Origin: a virus
Lineage: Duplodnaviria; Caudoviricetes
Virus record (IMG/VR): IMGVR_UViG_3300031922_000033
Span: 1-39,360 of that record
Direction: 5' to 3' (one strand)
DNA: 39,360 bases
Below are positions 8,683 through 17,015 of the stretch, one piece after another. A program made the position numbers and the translations under genes. Each line of letters opens with the position of its first letter. Position 1 is the stretch's first letter. The notes beneath the pieces were generated by a model. It was not told the DNA's origin. It made no database searches and saw nothing but the letters and a program-made list of their open reading frames with translations.

Positions 8683-8701
8683 AAAAGGGGGTATACGCGA
8701 A

Positions 8702-8902
8702 ATGGATATAAACTTTGAAGTTCAAAAGATTGCCGATCTGATACAAACAACACTCAAAGATTATAGCGCACAGTTAAAGTTGATAGCACAAGAGCCGCCA
8801 GAGGGTAGCGAAGACAGACACATACAGCTTCATTACGCTAAGCATGTTCTATACGCATTACAGCGCGCACATGAAACCTTTCAGGAGGAGTTATGGCGAT
8901 AA
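8702..8902 (+). CDS. Small helical protein (66 aa), paralog of 13384-13587
   Basis: GGGGGT RBS before ATG 8702; shared EVQK...L(K/R)D...PE...YA...RA.E.F...WR pattern. Confidence 0.7.
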   Translation: MDINFEVQKIADLIQTTLKDYSAQLKLIAQEPPEGSEDRHIQLHYAKHVLYALQRAHETFQEELWR

Positions 8903-11310
8903 ACGCATCGAGCATTATTATTAAGCATGATGGACAAGTATGGATAGCGACAGGTCAAAATCGCAAGTCTACACAGTGGAGAAATCTCGAACTCCACTGG
9001 TCAGAACTACTAAACAAGCTTTGCTTCACTACCAGAACAAGAGAGACGTATACAGAATACAAGAAAATGTCTAAAGACGCCCAGGCAGACGTTAAAGATG
9101 TCGGGGGGTTCGTCGGTGGTATGCTCAAAAGTGGGCGGCGAAAAACAGGAAGCGTTGCGTGGCGGTCTTTGTTAACTCTTGATGCTGATTTTGCCCCAGT
9201 GGCTTTATGGAATACAGTTGAAATGTTATTTGGTAACGCAATTGCACTGTATTCAACGCACAGCCATAATCCGGAAACGCCAAGGTTAAGACTGGTCGCC
9301 CCTTTCTCACGGCCGGTTCAACCTGATGAATACAAAGCCATTAGCCGATTCTTAGCGGCAGAAATCGGTATTGATTTTTTCGATGATTCAACATTCGAGG
9401 CCGAACGCTTGATGTATTGGCCGAGCACATCAATTGATGGCGAGTACGTATTCAAATACTTAGACGGTCCTTGGATAGACCCAGACAGAATACTGCAAAC
9501 GCATCCTTACTGGAGCGATACAAGCACCTGGCCGGAGTCATCAAGGACAAAGCGGACTCGGGAAAAACACGCAGAAAAACAAGGGGATCCCCGAACGAAA
9601 CCGGGAGCGATCGGCGCTTTTTGTCGCACATACTCAATCACCTCGGCGATAGAAAAATACTTGCCGGATGTGTATGTTGCATGTGATATGGCAAACAGAT
9701 ACACCTTCAAAAACGGAACCACAGCCGCCGGTTTAGTAGTATATGACGACGACTTATTCGCGTATTCATATCACGGCACTGATCCAGCCGGCGGCCAGCT
9801 ATGTAATGCGTTCGATCTAGTCCGGATACACAAATTTAATCAACTAGACGAGGATTCAAAATTCGATACGCCTGTAAACAGATTGCCATCTTATAAAGCG
9901 ATGCTCGATTGGGCTGTTCAGGATGAAGCAGTCAGAATTGAATTAGCTTCGTCAAAGCTAAACGACGCCCAAGTCGATTTTAATGCACCCCAAGGAGAAA
10001 AAGAAGGGGAAACAGATAACACTTGGAAAGCTAAGTTGTCTTACAACGAACGCGGAGAGCTGCGGCCTACAATCCACAACGCTGTTATGATTCTGAGGAA
10101 CGATCCTGCGCTTAAAACTTGTCCCGGCTACGATGAATTTACACGGCGGGCTATGCTGAGAAACTCTCCACCTTGGCGGGTAATAAAAGAGCCCACACAA
10201 TGGATAGATACAGATGATGCCGGATTAAGGCATTACCTCGAACGAGTATATGGCTTGAAGGGCAGGGAGAACATTCAGGATGCGCTCGAATTAGTAATCC
10301 ACGAAAACAAATATCATCCGATAAGAGAATACCTCGACTTGATAAAATGGGATGGGGTAAGGCGTCTTGATACATTGCTGATTGATTATCTGGGGGCCGA
10401 AGATATGCCATACACGAGAGAAGTAACAAGAAAGTGGATGGTTGCAGGTACGGCTCGAATTAGAAATCCCGGGTGCAAATTCGATAACATGTTAATACTT
10501 GTCGGATCTCAGGGATTAGGCAAGAGTCAATTTATTAGCCGATTAGCTGTGCATCCATCTTGGTTCACAGACAGCATGTCACAATTCGATAACAGCAAAG
10601 AGTCGATGGAGCAACTTGTCGGCAAATGGCTGGTCGAAGTCGGTGAGTTATCAGTCATGAAACGCGCTGAAGTGGAGCATGTGAAAGTTTTTCTAACTAA
10701 GCAGGATGATAGCTATAGACCTTCATATGGAAGAAGACAAGAGACTTTCCAACGGCAGTGTATTTTTGCTGGTACAACGAACAGAGACGATTTTTTGCAG
10801 GATGCGACAGGTAATAGGCGCTTCTGGCCTGTAGAAGTAACAGACGCATCGAGAATGTGGAAACATCTTAGACCGGATGTAATCGACCAACTGTGGGCAG
10901 AGGCAGACATGTATAGAGCATCAGGTGAAGAATTGTACCTAGAAAATGATATTAATCAAACGGCAATGGATCAACAGAACAGATACACCGAGCTGGGCGG
11001 CAAGATGGGTGTAGCAGAAGACTTCCTAGCTAGAAAACTACCAGCAAATTGGGACGACAGAACAATTAAAGAAAAATTAGAGTGGCTAAATGGCTACAGC
11101 TTTGACACTGCTGAAGGTATTGCACCAAGGACAAAAATATCAGGAGTCGAATTATATGTCGAGTGTTTTAACGGACGAATAGAGAACTATCGAAAACAAG
11201 ACGCCCACGAGATGTCTGACATACTGAGACGTTTAGGCTGGAAAAAAGCACAAGCTGCTCAACGTAGAAACGAATACGGAAAGCAGAGGTATTTTTATAA
11301 CAATGTTTAA
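8893..11310 (+). CDS. Primase-helicase (VirE/VapE family)
   Basis: N-terminal primase-like LTLDAD...YSTHSH...RLRL; P-loop GSQGLGKS; GTTN...DATGNRRFWP. Confidence 0.9.
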   Translation: MAINASSIIIKHDGQVWIATGQNRKSTQWRNLELHWSELLNKLCFTTRTRETYTEYKKMSKDAQADVKDVGGFVGGMLKSGRRKTGSVAWRSLLTLDADFAPVALWNTVEMLFGNAIALYSTHSHNPETPRLRLVAPFSRPVQPDEYKAISRFLAAEIGIDFFDDSTFEAERLMYWPSTSIDGEYVFKYLDGPWIDPDRILQTHPYWSDTSTWPESSRTKRTREKHAEKQGDPRTKPGAIGAFCRTYSITSAIEKYLPDVYVACDMANRYTFKNGTTAAGLVVYDDDLFAYSYHGTDPAGGQLCNAFDLVRIHKFNQLDEDSKFDTPVNRLPSYKAMLDWAVQDEAVRIELASSKLNDAQVDFNAPQGEKEGETDNTWKAKLSYNERGELRPTIHNAVMILRNDPALKTCPGYDEFTRRAMLRNSPPWRVIKEPTQWIDTDDAGLRHYLERVYGLKGRENIQDALELVIHENKYHPIREYLDLIKWDGVRRLDTLLIDYLGAEDMPYTREVTRKWMVAGTARIRNPGCKFDNMLILVGSQGLGKSQFISRLAVHPSWFTDSMSQFDNSKESMEQLVGKWLVEVGELSVMKRAEVEHVKVFLTKQDDSYRPSYGRRQETFQRQCIFAGTTNRDDFLQDATGNRRFWPVEVTDASRMWKHLRPDVIDQLWAEADMYRASGEELYLENDINQTAMDQQNRYTELGGKMGVAEDFLARKLPANWDDRTIKEKLEWLNGYSFDTAEGIAPRTKISGVELYVECFNGRIENYRKQDAHEMSDILRRLGWKKAQAAQRRNEYGKQRYFYNNV

Positions 11311-11411
11311 TTCGACAAAATTAGACAAAGTTAGGCAGCGTTCGCATAAGTGTGAAAAGCCTATAGAAAGCTTTACTTTTCGGTCTAACCAGCTTATAAG
11401 TGTTGAAAATC

Positions 11412-11712
11412 TTGTTCCGTTTGTTCCTTTGTTCCCGTTTTGCCTAATTAAGCTTTTAAAATCTTTCAAAAACTTTGTTCCGCTTGTTCCGTTTGTTCCA
11501 CAAGAAATCTCTACTTTGTTCCGCTTGTTTTCTTGTTCCGGTTTTGTTCCATTAAAAAGCTTGATTTTTCAATGTTTTCAGGCTCTGGAACAAACGGAAC
11601 AAAATATATCCAATAGATATATTTTTATAATAGGGGAGAAGGAAATACAGGTGAGCGCCCACATGCGTGTCTGCGCGCGAGAGAATTTATGTTTCTTTTG
11701 TTCTTTTGTTCC
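11412..11712. repeat. Putative replication origin with TTGTTCC iterons
   Basis: 10 direct TTGTTCC copies (11412, 11421, 11429, 11475, 11484, 11493, 11516, 11533, 11544, 11706) plus 2 inverted GGAACAA (11587, 11596) and an AT-rich tract, directly after the primase-helicase. Confidence 0.75.
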
Positions 11713-11726
11713 ACGAGGACTAAATC

Positions 11727-12005
11727 ATGACTGAAAAAACAGTTGAAAAGGCTTTAGTGAAGCGGGTATTGGGGCTGGGAGGGCTAGCTATAAAGTTTGT
11801 TCCAGGTGGAACAAACGGTATGCCTGATAGATTGATTCTGCTTCCTGGTGGGCGAGTGGCTTTTGTGGAGTGTAAACGGCCCGGAGAAAAAGTTTCAAAA
11901 ATACAGGAATATCGGATACAGCAACTTCGGCAGTTAGGTTTCTTAGTATGGATTGTAGATAGCGTTAATGAAATTGAGAAATTTGTAATGGAGATGATGT
12001 CATGA
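11727..12005 (+). CDS. VRR-NUC domain nuclease
   Basis: EKTVEKAL...GMPDRLILLPGGRVAFVECKRPG. Confidence 0.9.
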   Translation: MTEKTVEKALVKRVLGLGGLAIKFVPGGTNGMPDRLILLPGGRVAFVECKRPGEKVSKIQEYRIQQLRQLGFLVWIVDSVNEIEKFVMEMMS

Positions 12006-13387
12006 AGTTCGTTCCATATCAGTATCAGGAATACGCAAAATCGAGGATCGTTGAGCAGGAGGTCTCTGGACTGTTTTTAGATATGGGGCTTGGCAAGACG
12101 GTTATCACACTGACTGCGATAAATGAGTTGATGTTTGATCACTTCAGCGTTGCCCGAGTATTAGTGATAGCGCCTCTTAGAGTAGCCGAGGCTGTTTGGC
12201 CGATAGAGGTGCAAAAATGGGATCATCTTAAGCATCTACGTGTGGTTAAAATCTTAGGTGATGCAAATAAGCGCCTCGATGCGCTGAGACAAGATGCGGA
12301 TATATATGTTATCAATCGTGAAAATGTTCAGTGGCTAGTACAAACCGTTAAGAGGTGGTTTTTTGATATGGTTGTAATTGACGAGCTATCCAGTTTTAAG
12401 TCGCCTAAGGCTCAGAGATTCAGATCGCTACGGAAAGTACGCCCCTTGATTACTAGAGTGGTTGGGTTAACGGGCACGCCCGTGCCTAATGGGCTTGTGG
12501 ACTTGTGGTCACAGATCTATCTGCTTGATCGCGGCTTCAGGCTAGGGTCTACACTGGGAGCATACAGGGATAGGTATTTTAAGCCTGGGCGTCGTAATGG
12601 AAATGTGATTTTTGAATGGCTGCCTCGCAAGGATGCAGAAGAAGCAATATACGATAAGCTTAAAGATTTATGTATCAGCATGAGGGCGCAAGATTGGCTT
12701 GAGATGCCTGAACGTATTGATAGAGTTCTTAAAGTTCAGCTTAGTGCTGAAGCGCTTAAACAATATGCGCAGCTTGAAAGAGATTTAATACTGAAGTTAC
12801 GAGATAGTGTTATTACAGCCAGCAATTCCGCAGTTGTGGCGGGCAAACTGCAACAGTTTGCACAGGGGGCAATATATACAGAGGCTGAATGGGTATGTAT
12901 ACACGATACGAAATTAGAAGCTCTTGAAGATTTACTGGAAGAAGCAAACGGAAGACCGGTTTTAGTATTTTATTGGTATAAACATGATGCATCACGTATA
13001 AACGCTTGGCTGAAGTTAAAAGGCTTTAATTCTCGGTTATTGAACACAGCTAAAGATATTAGTGATTGGAATCTAGGAGAGATTCCGGTACTGCTAGCGC
13101 ATCCCGCAAGTGCCGGTCACGGTCTTAATTTGCAGGCCGGAGGCAATATTATTATCTGGTTTGGGCTTACGTGGAGCCTCGAACTCTATCAACAAGCAAA
13201 CGCACGTTTATACAGACAAGGGCAGAAAGAGTCAGTTATTGTGCATCATCTTGTCGCTGCCGGGACGATAGATGAAATCATTATGATGGCATTAGAAAGT
13301 AAGAATGCGGGACAAGATTCATTACTAAGTGCTGTTAAAGCAAAGATTGAAAGTTATAAATTATTAGAAAGAGAGGATGTGCTATGA
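12002..13387 (+). CDS. SNF2-family helicase
   Basis: DMGLGKT, VIDELS, LTGTP, SAGHGLNLQ, QANARLYRQGQ. Confidence 0.95.
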   Translation: MKFVPYQYQEYAKSRIVEQEVSGLFLDMGLGKTVITLTAINELMFDHFSVARVLVIAPLRVAEAVWPIEVQKWDHLKHLRVVKILGDANKRLDALRQDADIYVINRENVQWLVQTVKRWFFDMVVIDELSSFKSPKAQRFRSLRKVRPLITRVVGLTGTPVPNGLVDLWSQIYLLDRGFRLGSTLGAYRDRYFKPGRRNGNVIFEWLPRKDAEEAIYDKLKDLCISMRAQDWLEMPERIDRVLKVQLSAEALKQYAQLERDLILKLRDSVITASNSAVVAGKLQQFAQGAIYTEAEWVCIHDTKLEALEDLLEEANGRPVLVFYWYKHDASRINAWLKLKGFNSRLLNTAKDISDWNLGEIPVLLAHPASAGHGLNLQAGGNIIIWFGLTWSLELYQQANARLYRQGQKESVIVHHLVAAGTIDEIIMMALESKNAGQDSLLSAVKAKIESYKLLEREDVL

Positions 13388-13587
13388 ACAAACAGGATGT
13401 GATAGAGGTTCAAAAAACACTTGATGATTTCATGCTGTGCTTGCGAGATTTTGAAGCGAAAATAACTTGTATTATTGAGGCGACGCCAGAAGAAGAGAAG
13501 GACAATAGCTATTACATATACGCTTGCCAGGGTAGATATATGATAAGACGCGCAAAAGAAGCCTTTTTAGATGTTATGTGGAGGTGA
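13384..13587 (+). CDS. Small helical protein (67 aa), paralog of 8702-8902
   Basis: ATGA coupling to helicase; alignment to 8702-8902. Confidence 0.75.
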   Translation: MNKQDVIEVQKTLDDFMLCLRDFEAKITCIIEATPEEEKDNSYYIYACQGRYMIRRAKEAFLDVMWR

Positions 13588-13593
13588 ACGCAA

Positions 13594-13824
13594 ATGAAGA
13601 AGTGGGGAGAGAAACAAACAAAAAACGAAATTAAAATTGCGGCTGATGAACTAAGAAAGGCTTACGATCGATTTAACAATGCGATCGGGTATAAACAAGT
13701 TAAGGCTGCTTGTTATGAATTACGGGCTGCTGAATTAAAGCTAGGCGACGCTGTTGATTGCGCAAAACAATCGATACAAGGATTAACTCTTATAGAAGGG
13801 AGGGGGAAAAATGAACAAATCTGA
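13594..13824 (+). CDS. YaaL/DUF2508-like small protein
   Basis: AYDRFNNA...AACYELRAAE pattern; GGAGGT RBS. Confidence 0.55.
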   Translation: MKKWGEKQTKNEIKIAADELRKAYDRFNNAIGYKQVKAACYELRAAELKLGDAVDCAKQSIQGLTLIEGRGKNEQI

Positions 13825-14245
13825 TTGGATAGTTGAACAGTTTGAAATTGAATGGCGGCGTTATTTACTTGATAAGTTCAAACCGCTTCTGACTAAATTG
13901 AACAAAGCTGCCGACGAACAAATAAAAGCGGCAGAAGCCCGACAAGCTGAAATTCGTGAAATATATCCTACGTATGAAGCGGCGCATGAAGCCTATGGGT
14001 ATGCTTACATTACAGAAGATGAGTACCGTTCAATCGTGGAAATGTTTGAAACAAAGAAGGTTACCCCAACGACAGTCGCACGGGACGAATTAAAAAGCTT
14101 AATGGCCCGTTATAGGCGGGAAATAAAAAACTTTGAGTTTGAAACCCTACCTGAAGCTGAAAAACAATTAATACGGACCCGACAGGATCAATATAGACAG
14201 GAACATGAAAGGAGAATGGAATCATGGCGAGAAACACAGAACTGA
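13811..14245 (+). CDS. Hypothetical helical protein
   Basis: 144-aa ORF with GGGAGG RBS. Confidence 0.7.
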   Translation: MNKSDWIVEQFEIEWRRYLLDKFKPLLTKLNKAADEQIKAAEARQAEIREIYPTYEAAHEAYGYAYITEDEYRSIVEMFETKKVTPTTVARDELKSLMARYRREIKNFEFETLPEAEKQLIRTRQDQYRQEHERRMESWRETQN

Positions 14246-14574
14246 TTGACGCAACGCTTTGCTTCATAATGTCTGACTGTTTTGCTTACAAGCCAAAGAA
14301 ATGTATCGCATTGAAACACAAAAAATGCGAGGGCTGCAATTTTTATAAGACAAAAATGTTGCATGAAACGGATTGTGCGAAAGCTGCAGCTCGGATGAAT
14401 GCGATGGATTTATGCGAGCGAGAGTTTATATTTGCTAAGTATTTTACTAAAGCTGAACCAAAACAGGCTCGAAAACAAGCTCGAAAACAAGCTCGGAAGA
14501 GGAGTGTTGACAGTGACACAGTATATAGACTGGATACTCTACAACCTGCCGGCACTGCGTGCTCAGATAGATGA
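14224..14574 (+). CDS. Cys-rich hypothetical protein with a KQAR x3 repeat
   Basis: DCFAY...CIAL...CEGCNFYKT; 12-bp tandem repeat at 14461-14496. Confidence 0.65.
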   Translation: MARNTELIDATLCFIMSDCFAYKPKKCIALKHKKCEGCNFYKTKMLHETDCAKAAARMNAMDLCEREFIFAKYFTKAEPKQARKQARKQARKRSVDSDTVYRLDTLQPAGTACSDR

Positions 14575-14959
14575 TATTGAAACGCAAAATTCAACATCGT
14601 TAGTAATACTTGGCCAAAACGTGAAGAGCAAAAACAGCTCAGTCGAGAGAGTTGCAGTCAAGCGAGCTGCCATATCTGCTGTGCTTGATGCAGTGGAACG
14701 AAGCATAAAATCTCTACACCCGGAGCAGCGCAAAATCTACCGCATGAAATATAGAGCAGGGATGAGTTATAAACAAATCGGACGGAAGCTATATATCAGC
14801 GAAGAAACCGTAGGGCGACGTATGACTGAAATCCGGGCTATTATCACACAGCATGTACAGCAGGTTTCAAAGAGCGAAATGAAGGAATTTCAGCATTATT
14901 TTAATCACGAAATTGACGGTTTTTTGACGATTAAAAAATCCTTAGAAACCGTGAAATGA
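14513..14959 (+). CDS. Late transcription activator with sigma70 region-4-like HTH (ArpU/RinA-like)
   Basis: LHPEQRKIYRMKY..GMSYKQIGRKLYISEETV; last gene before terminase; GTG start inferred from GAGGAG RBS. Confidence 0.8.
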   Translation: MTQYIDWILYNLPALRAQIDDIETQNSTSLVILGQNVKSKNSSVERVAVKRAAISAVLDAVERSIKSLHPEQRKIYRMKYRAGMSYKQIGRKLYISEETVGRRMTEIRAIITQHVQQVSKSEMKEFQHYFNHEIDGFLTIKKSLETVK

Positions 14960-14974
14960 CGGGCTTTCTCGGGT

Positions 14975-14997
14975 GTCACAATTTTCGCAATTGTGAC
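14975..14997. repeat. Perfect 9-bp inverted repeat (terminator or operator)
   Basis: GTCACAATT-TTCGC-AATTGTGAC followed by a T-rich tract. Confidence 0.6.
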
Positions 14998-15071
14998 GGT
15001 TATTTTAAGCGTTTTGGGCTTGCATTTTGACGGCTCTATGATAATATTTTGTATGATGCCAGAAGTGTCGA

Positions 15072-15100
15072 AAGGCCGTCCAAAGGGGCGGCTTTTGTGT
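15072..15100 (+). terminator. Intrinsic terminator upstream of terS
   Basis: GGCCGTCC-AAAG-GGGCGGCT followed by TTTGTGTT. Confidence 0.65.
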
Positions 15101-15115
15101 TGAGATGGCGAAGTC

Positions 15116-15154
15116 AAGACAGACAGAAAAGACAGACAGAAAAGACAGACAGAC
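15116..15154 (+). repeat. 13-bp tandem repeat x3 upstream of terS (candidate packaging signal)
   Basis: AAGACAGACAGAA, AAGACAGACAGAA, AAGACAGACAGAC. Confidence 0.75.
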
Positions 15155-15172
15155 AAAGGGAGGCGGATTGCA

Positions 15173-15685
15173 ATGCCGGTTGGGTACAGCTCCCGGTGCC
15201 GGGTATGCAGTTCACCGCACCGGGTAGAGATAGAAAAATGGTGTAAAACAGAAGGATTAAGCACACGGACAGCAAGTTTGCGGCTTCTGCAAACCTGTGG
15301 TGAAAAGATAAGTCATCACTCGGTTAATAAGCATATGAACGAGCACTTTGATATCAGAGCAGAGGCCCGGGAACAACATCAGAAAAGCCAGCAGCATTTT
15401 CATGGCTTTGTCGAAAAACAACTTTCTGATATCGAGATGCTGGAGCAAACGGCTGCCGAAAACTATGAGCTTGCTCAAGCTACAGTGGCTTGGTTGCGTG
15501 AGTTGATAGAGCAGCGTAAAAACCCGCCGCTTGCCTTAGTCCAGCTACGGGAAAAACTCCAAGCCGAGATGCGCCAAGCCATGCGGACGAAAGCCGAATT
15601 CTTGGGCGATGATCCACAGTCGCGTCTGGTAGATGTGTTTAGGGATATGTGGGGCGATGTAGATGATGCAGATGCTGACGCCTGA
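15173..15685 (+). CDS. Terminase small subunit
   Basis: Directly before the large terminase; CRVC plus HTH-like N-terminus, coiled-coil body. Confidence 0.7.
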   Translation: MPVGYSSRCRVCSSPHRVEIEKWCKTEGLSTRTASLRLLQTCGEKISHHSVNKHMNEHFDIRAEAREQHQKSQQHFHGFVEKQLSDIEMLEQTAAENYELAQATVAWLRELIEQRKNPPLALVQLREKLQAEMRQAMRTKAEFLGDDPQSRLVDVFRDMWGDVDDADADA

Positions 15686-17015
15686 ACGTGAACGGGTAGT
15701 CAAAGATAACCTGAAACGCTGTAGAAACGACAAAATCTATTTCGCAGATAAAATTCTTGGGATTAACCTTACGGGCAAGCAAGCTGATGCAGTTAGCTTA
15801 GGAGGTAGAGTGTCTGCCAAAGTTGCCGGTCGGCGCTTCGGTAAGTCTTTGACAACGCTGACTGATATGCTACATGAATGTGCGACAAAAAAACAGCAGC
15901 GATGGTATGTTACAGCGCCGTCAATTGATCAGGCAAAGATATATTTCAGCGAAATAGAGCAGTTTTTGGGCAATCCGAAACTGCCGTTCTCGCTTCTGGT
16001 ACCGGAGAAGAAATTCAAGCTTAGCCCATTTCCGGAAGTTGAACTAATAAACGGCAGTAGGATTATGGCGCGTTCAACGGCTAGGGACGGCATATATCTG
16101 CGAGGCAAAGGCGCGGATGGCGTAGTAATCACAGAAGCGGCTTTTGTGAAGGACAGGGTTTATACAGACGTTATCAGGGCGATGGTGCTGGATCGCAAAG
16201 GCAAAATTCGTGCTGAGAGCACACCGAACGGCAGTCAGGGCTACGTTTACCAGCTTTACAAGCAAGGTTTAAGTGATGAGAACGGGTACTATCGCAGCTT
16301 TCACGCTACGGCTTATGATAATGCTCGGCTTGACAAAAACGAGATAGAGCAAATTCGCAAAGAGATTCCTGAGCTTGCATTTCGCGTTGAGTACTTGGCA
16401 GAGTTCGTGGATGACGACACGATCGTCTTCCCGTGGGTAGTGCTGCAGGAGATATTCGACGACTACGTACCAAAGGCGACGCCGGAAACTGGCCGCAGAT
16501 ACACTATCGGCGTAGATCTGGCAAAGTACCAAGACTATACGGTGATAACAGTCTTGGATGTTACGCAGCCACCTTTTACGCTGACAGACTGGCACCGCTA
16601 CCGGGGCAGGCTGTACGGTGATATTGTTGCTCAAGTGAATGAGTTACAGCAAAAATATCTGGCGACAGTGTACTTGGATGCTACAGGAGTAGGGGATCCA
16701 GTTGCCGAGCAAATTAGAAACTGTCATCCGTTTGTATTTACACAGCGCAGCAGGGAAGAGCTTATCTCTAATCTGATTGTTCAAGCGGAACAGAAAAGAA
16801 TACTCTTGCCGGCAGGGAATACGATTTTACGAGATGAGTTGCGTTATTTTCAGCGTATACGACACGGCTCTAACGTCAGGCCAGAAGCTCCACAGGGTGG
16901 ATACGATGATTGCGTGATGAGTTTAGCGCTGGCGTGCTGGCCGATGCGCATAGGCGCGGGCGCACTGTCGAAAGAAACGAAACTGCTATTCAAGGAGGCA
17001 AGCTTATATGCTTGA
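15663..17015 (+). CDS. terL: Terminase large subunit
   Basis: Walker A GRRFGKS, STPNG coupling motif, nuclease GVDLA, DATGVG, DDCVMSLALA. Confidence 0.95.
   Translation: MMQMLTPERERVVKDNLKRCRNDKIYFADKILGINLTGKQADAVSLGGRVSAKVAGRRFGKSLTTLTDMLHECATKKQQRWYVTAPSIDQAKIYFSEIEQFLGNPKLPFSLLVPEKKFKLSPFPEVELINGSRIMARSTARDGIYLRGKGADGVVITEAAFVKDRVYTDVIRAMVLDRKGKIRAESTPNGSQGYVYQLYKQGLSDENGYYRSFHATAYDNARLDKNEIEQIRKEIPELAFRVEYLAEFVDDDTIVFPWVVLQEIFDDYVPKATPETGRRYTIGVDLAKYQDYTVITVLDVTQPPFTLTDWHRYRGRLYGDIVAQVNELQQKYLATVYLDATGVGDPVAEQIRNCHPFVFTQRSREELISNLIVQAEQKRILLPAGNTILRDELRYFQRIRHGSNVRPEAPQGGYDDCVMSLALACWPMRIGAGALSKETKLLFKEASLYA

Noticed and set aside
11303-11734. 143-aa ORF with VPFVP repeats
   Set aside because: Translation of the TTGTTCC iterons; no RBS; odd composition
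13355-13365. 11-nt match (TATAAATTATT) to the 5' end of the mini-array spacer; also 10 nt at 549-558 on the minus strand
   Set aside because: Short AT-only matches expected by chance; upstream triplets AGT and TGT are not the I-C TTC/TTN PAM
14461-14496. 12-bp tandem repeat x3 (KQAR)
   Set aside because: In-frame slippage expansion in a small gene with no sign of special function
15049-15246. 65-aa plus-strand ORF before terS
   Set aside because: Runs through a terminator and tandem repeats; no RBS
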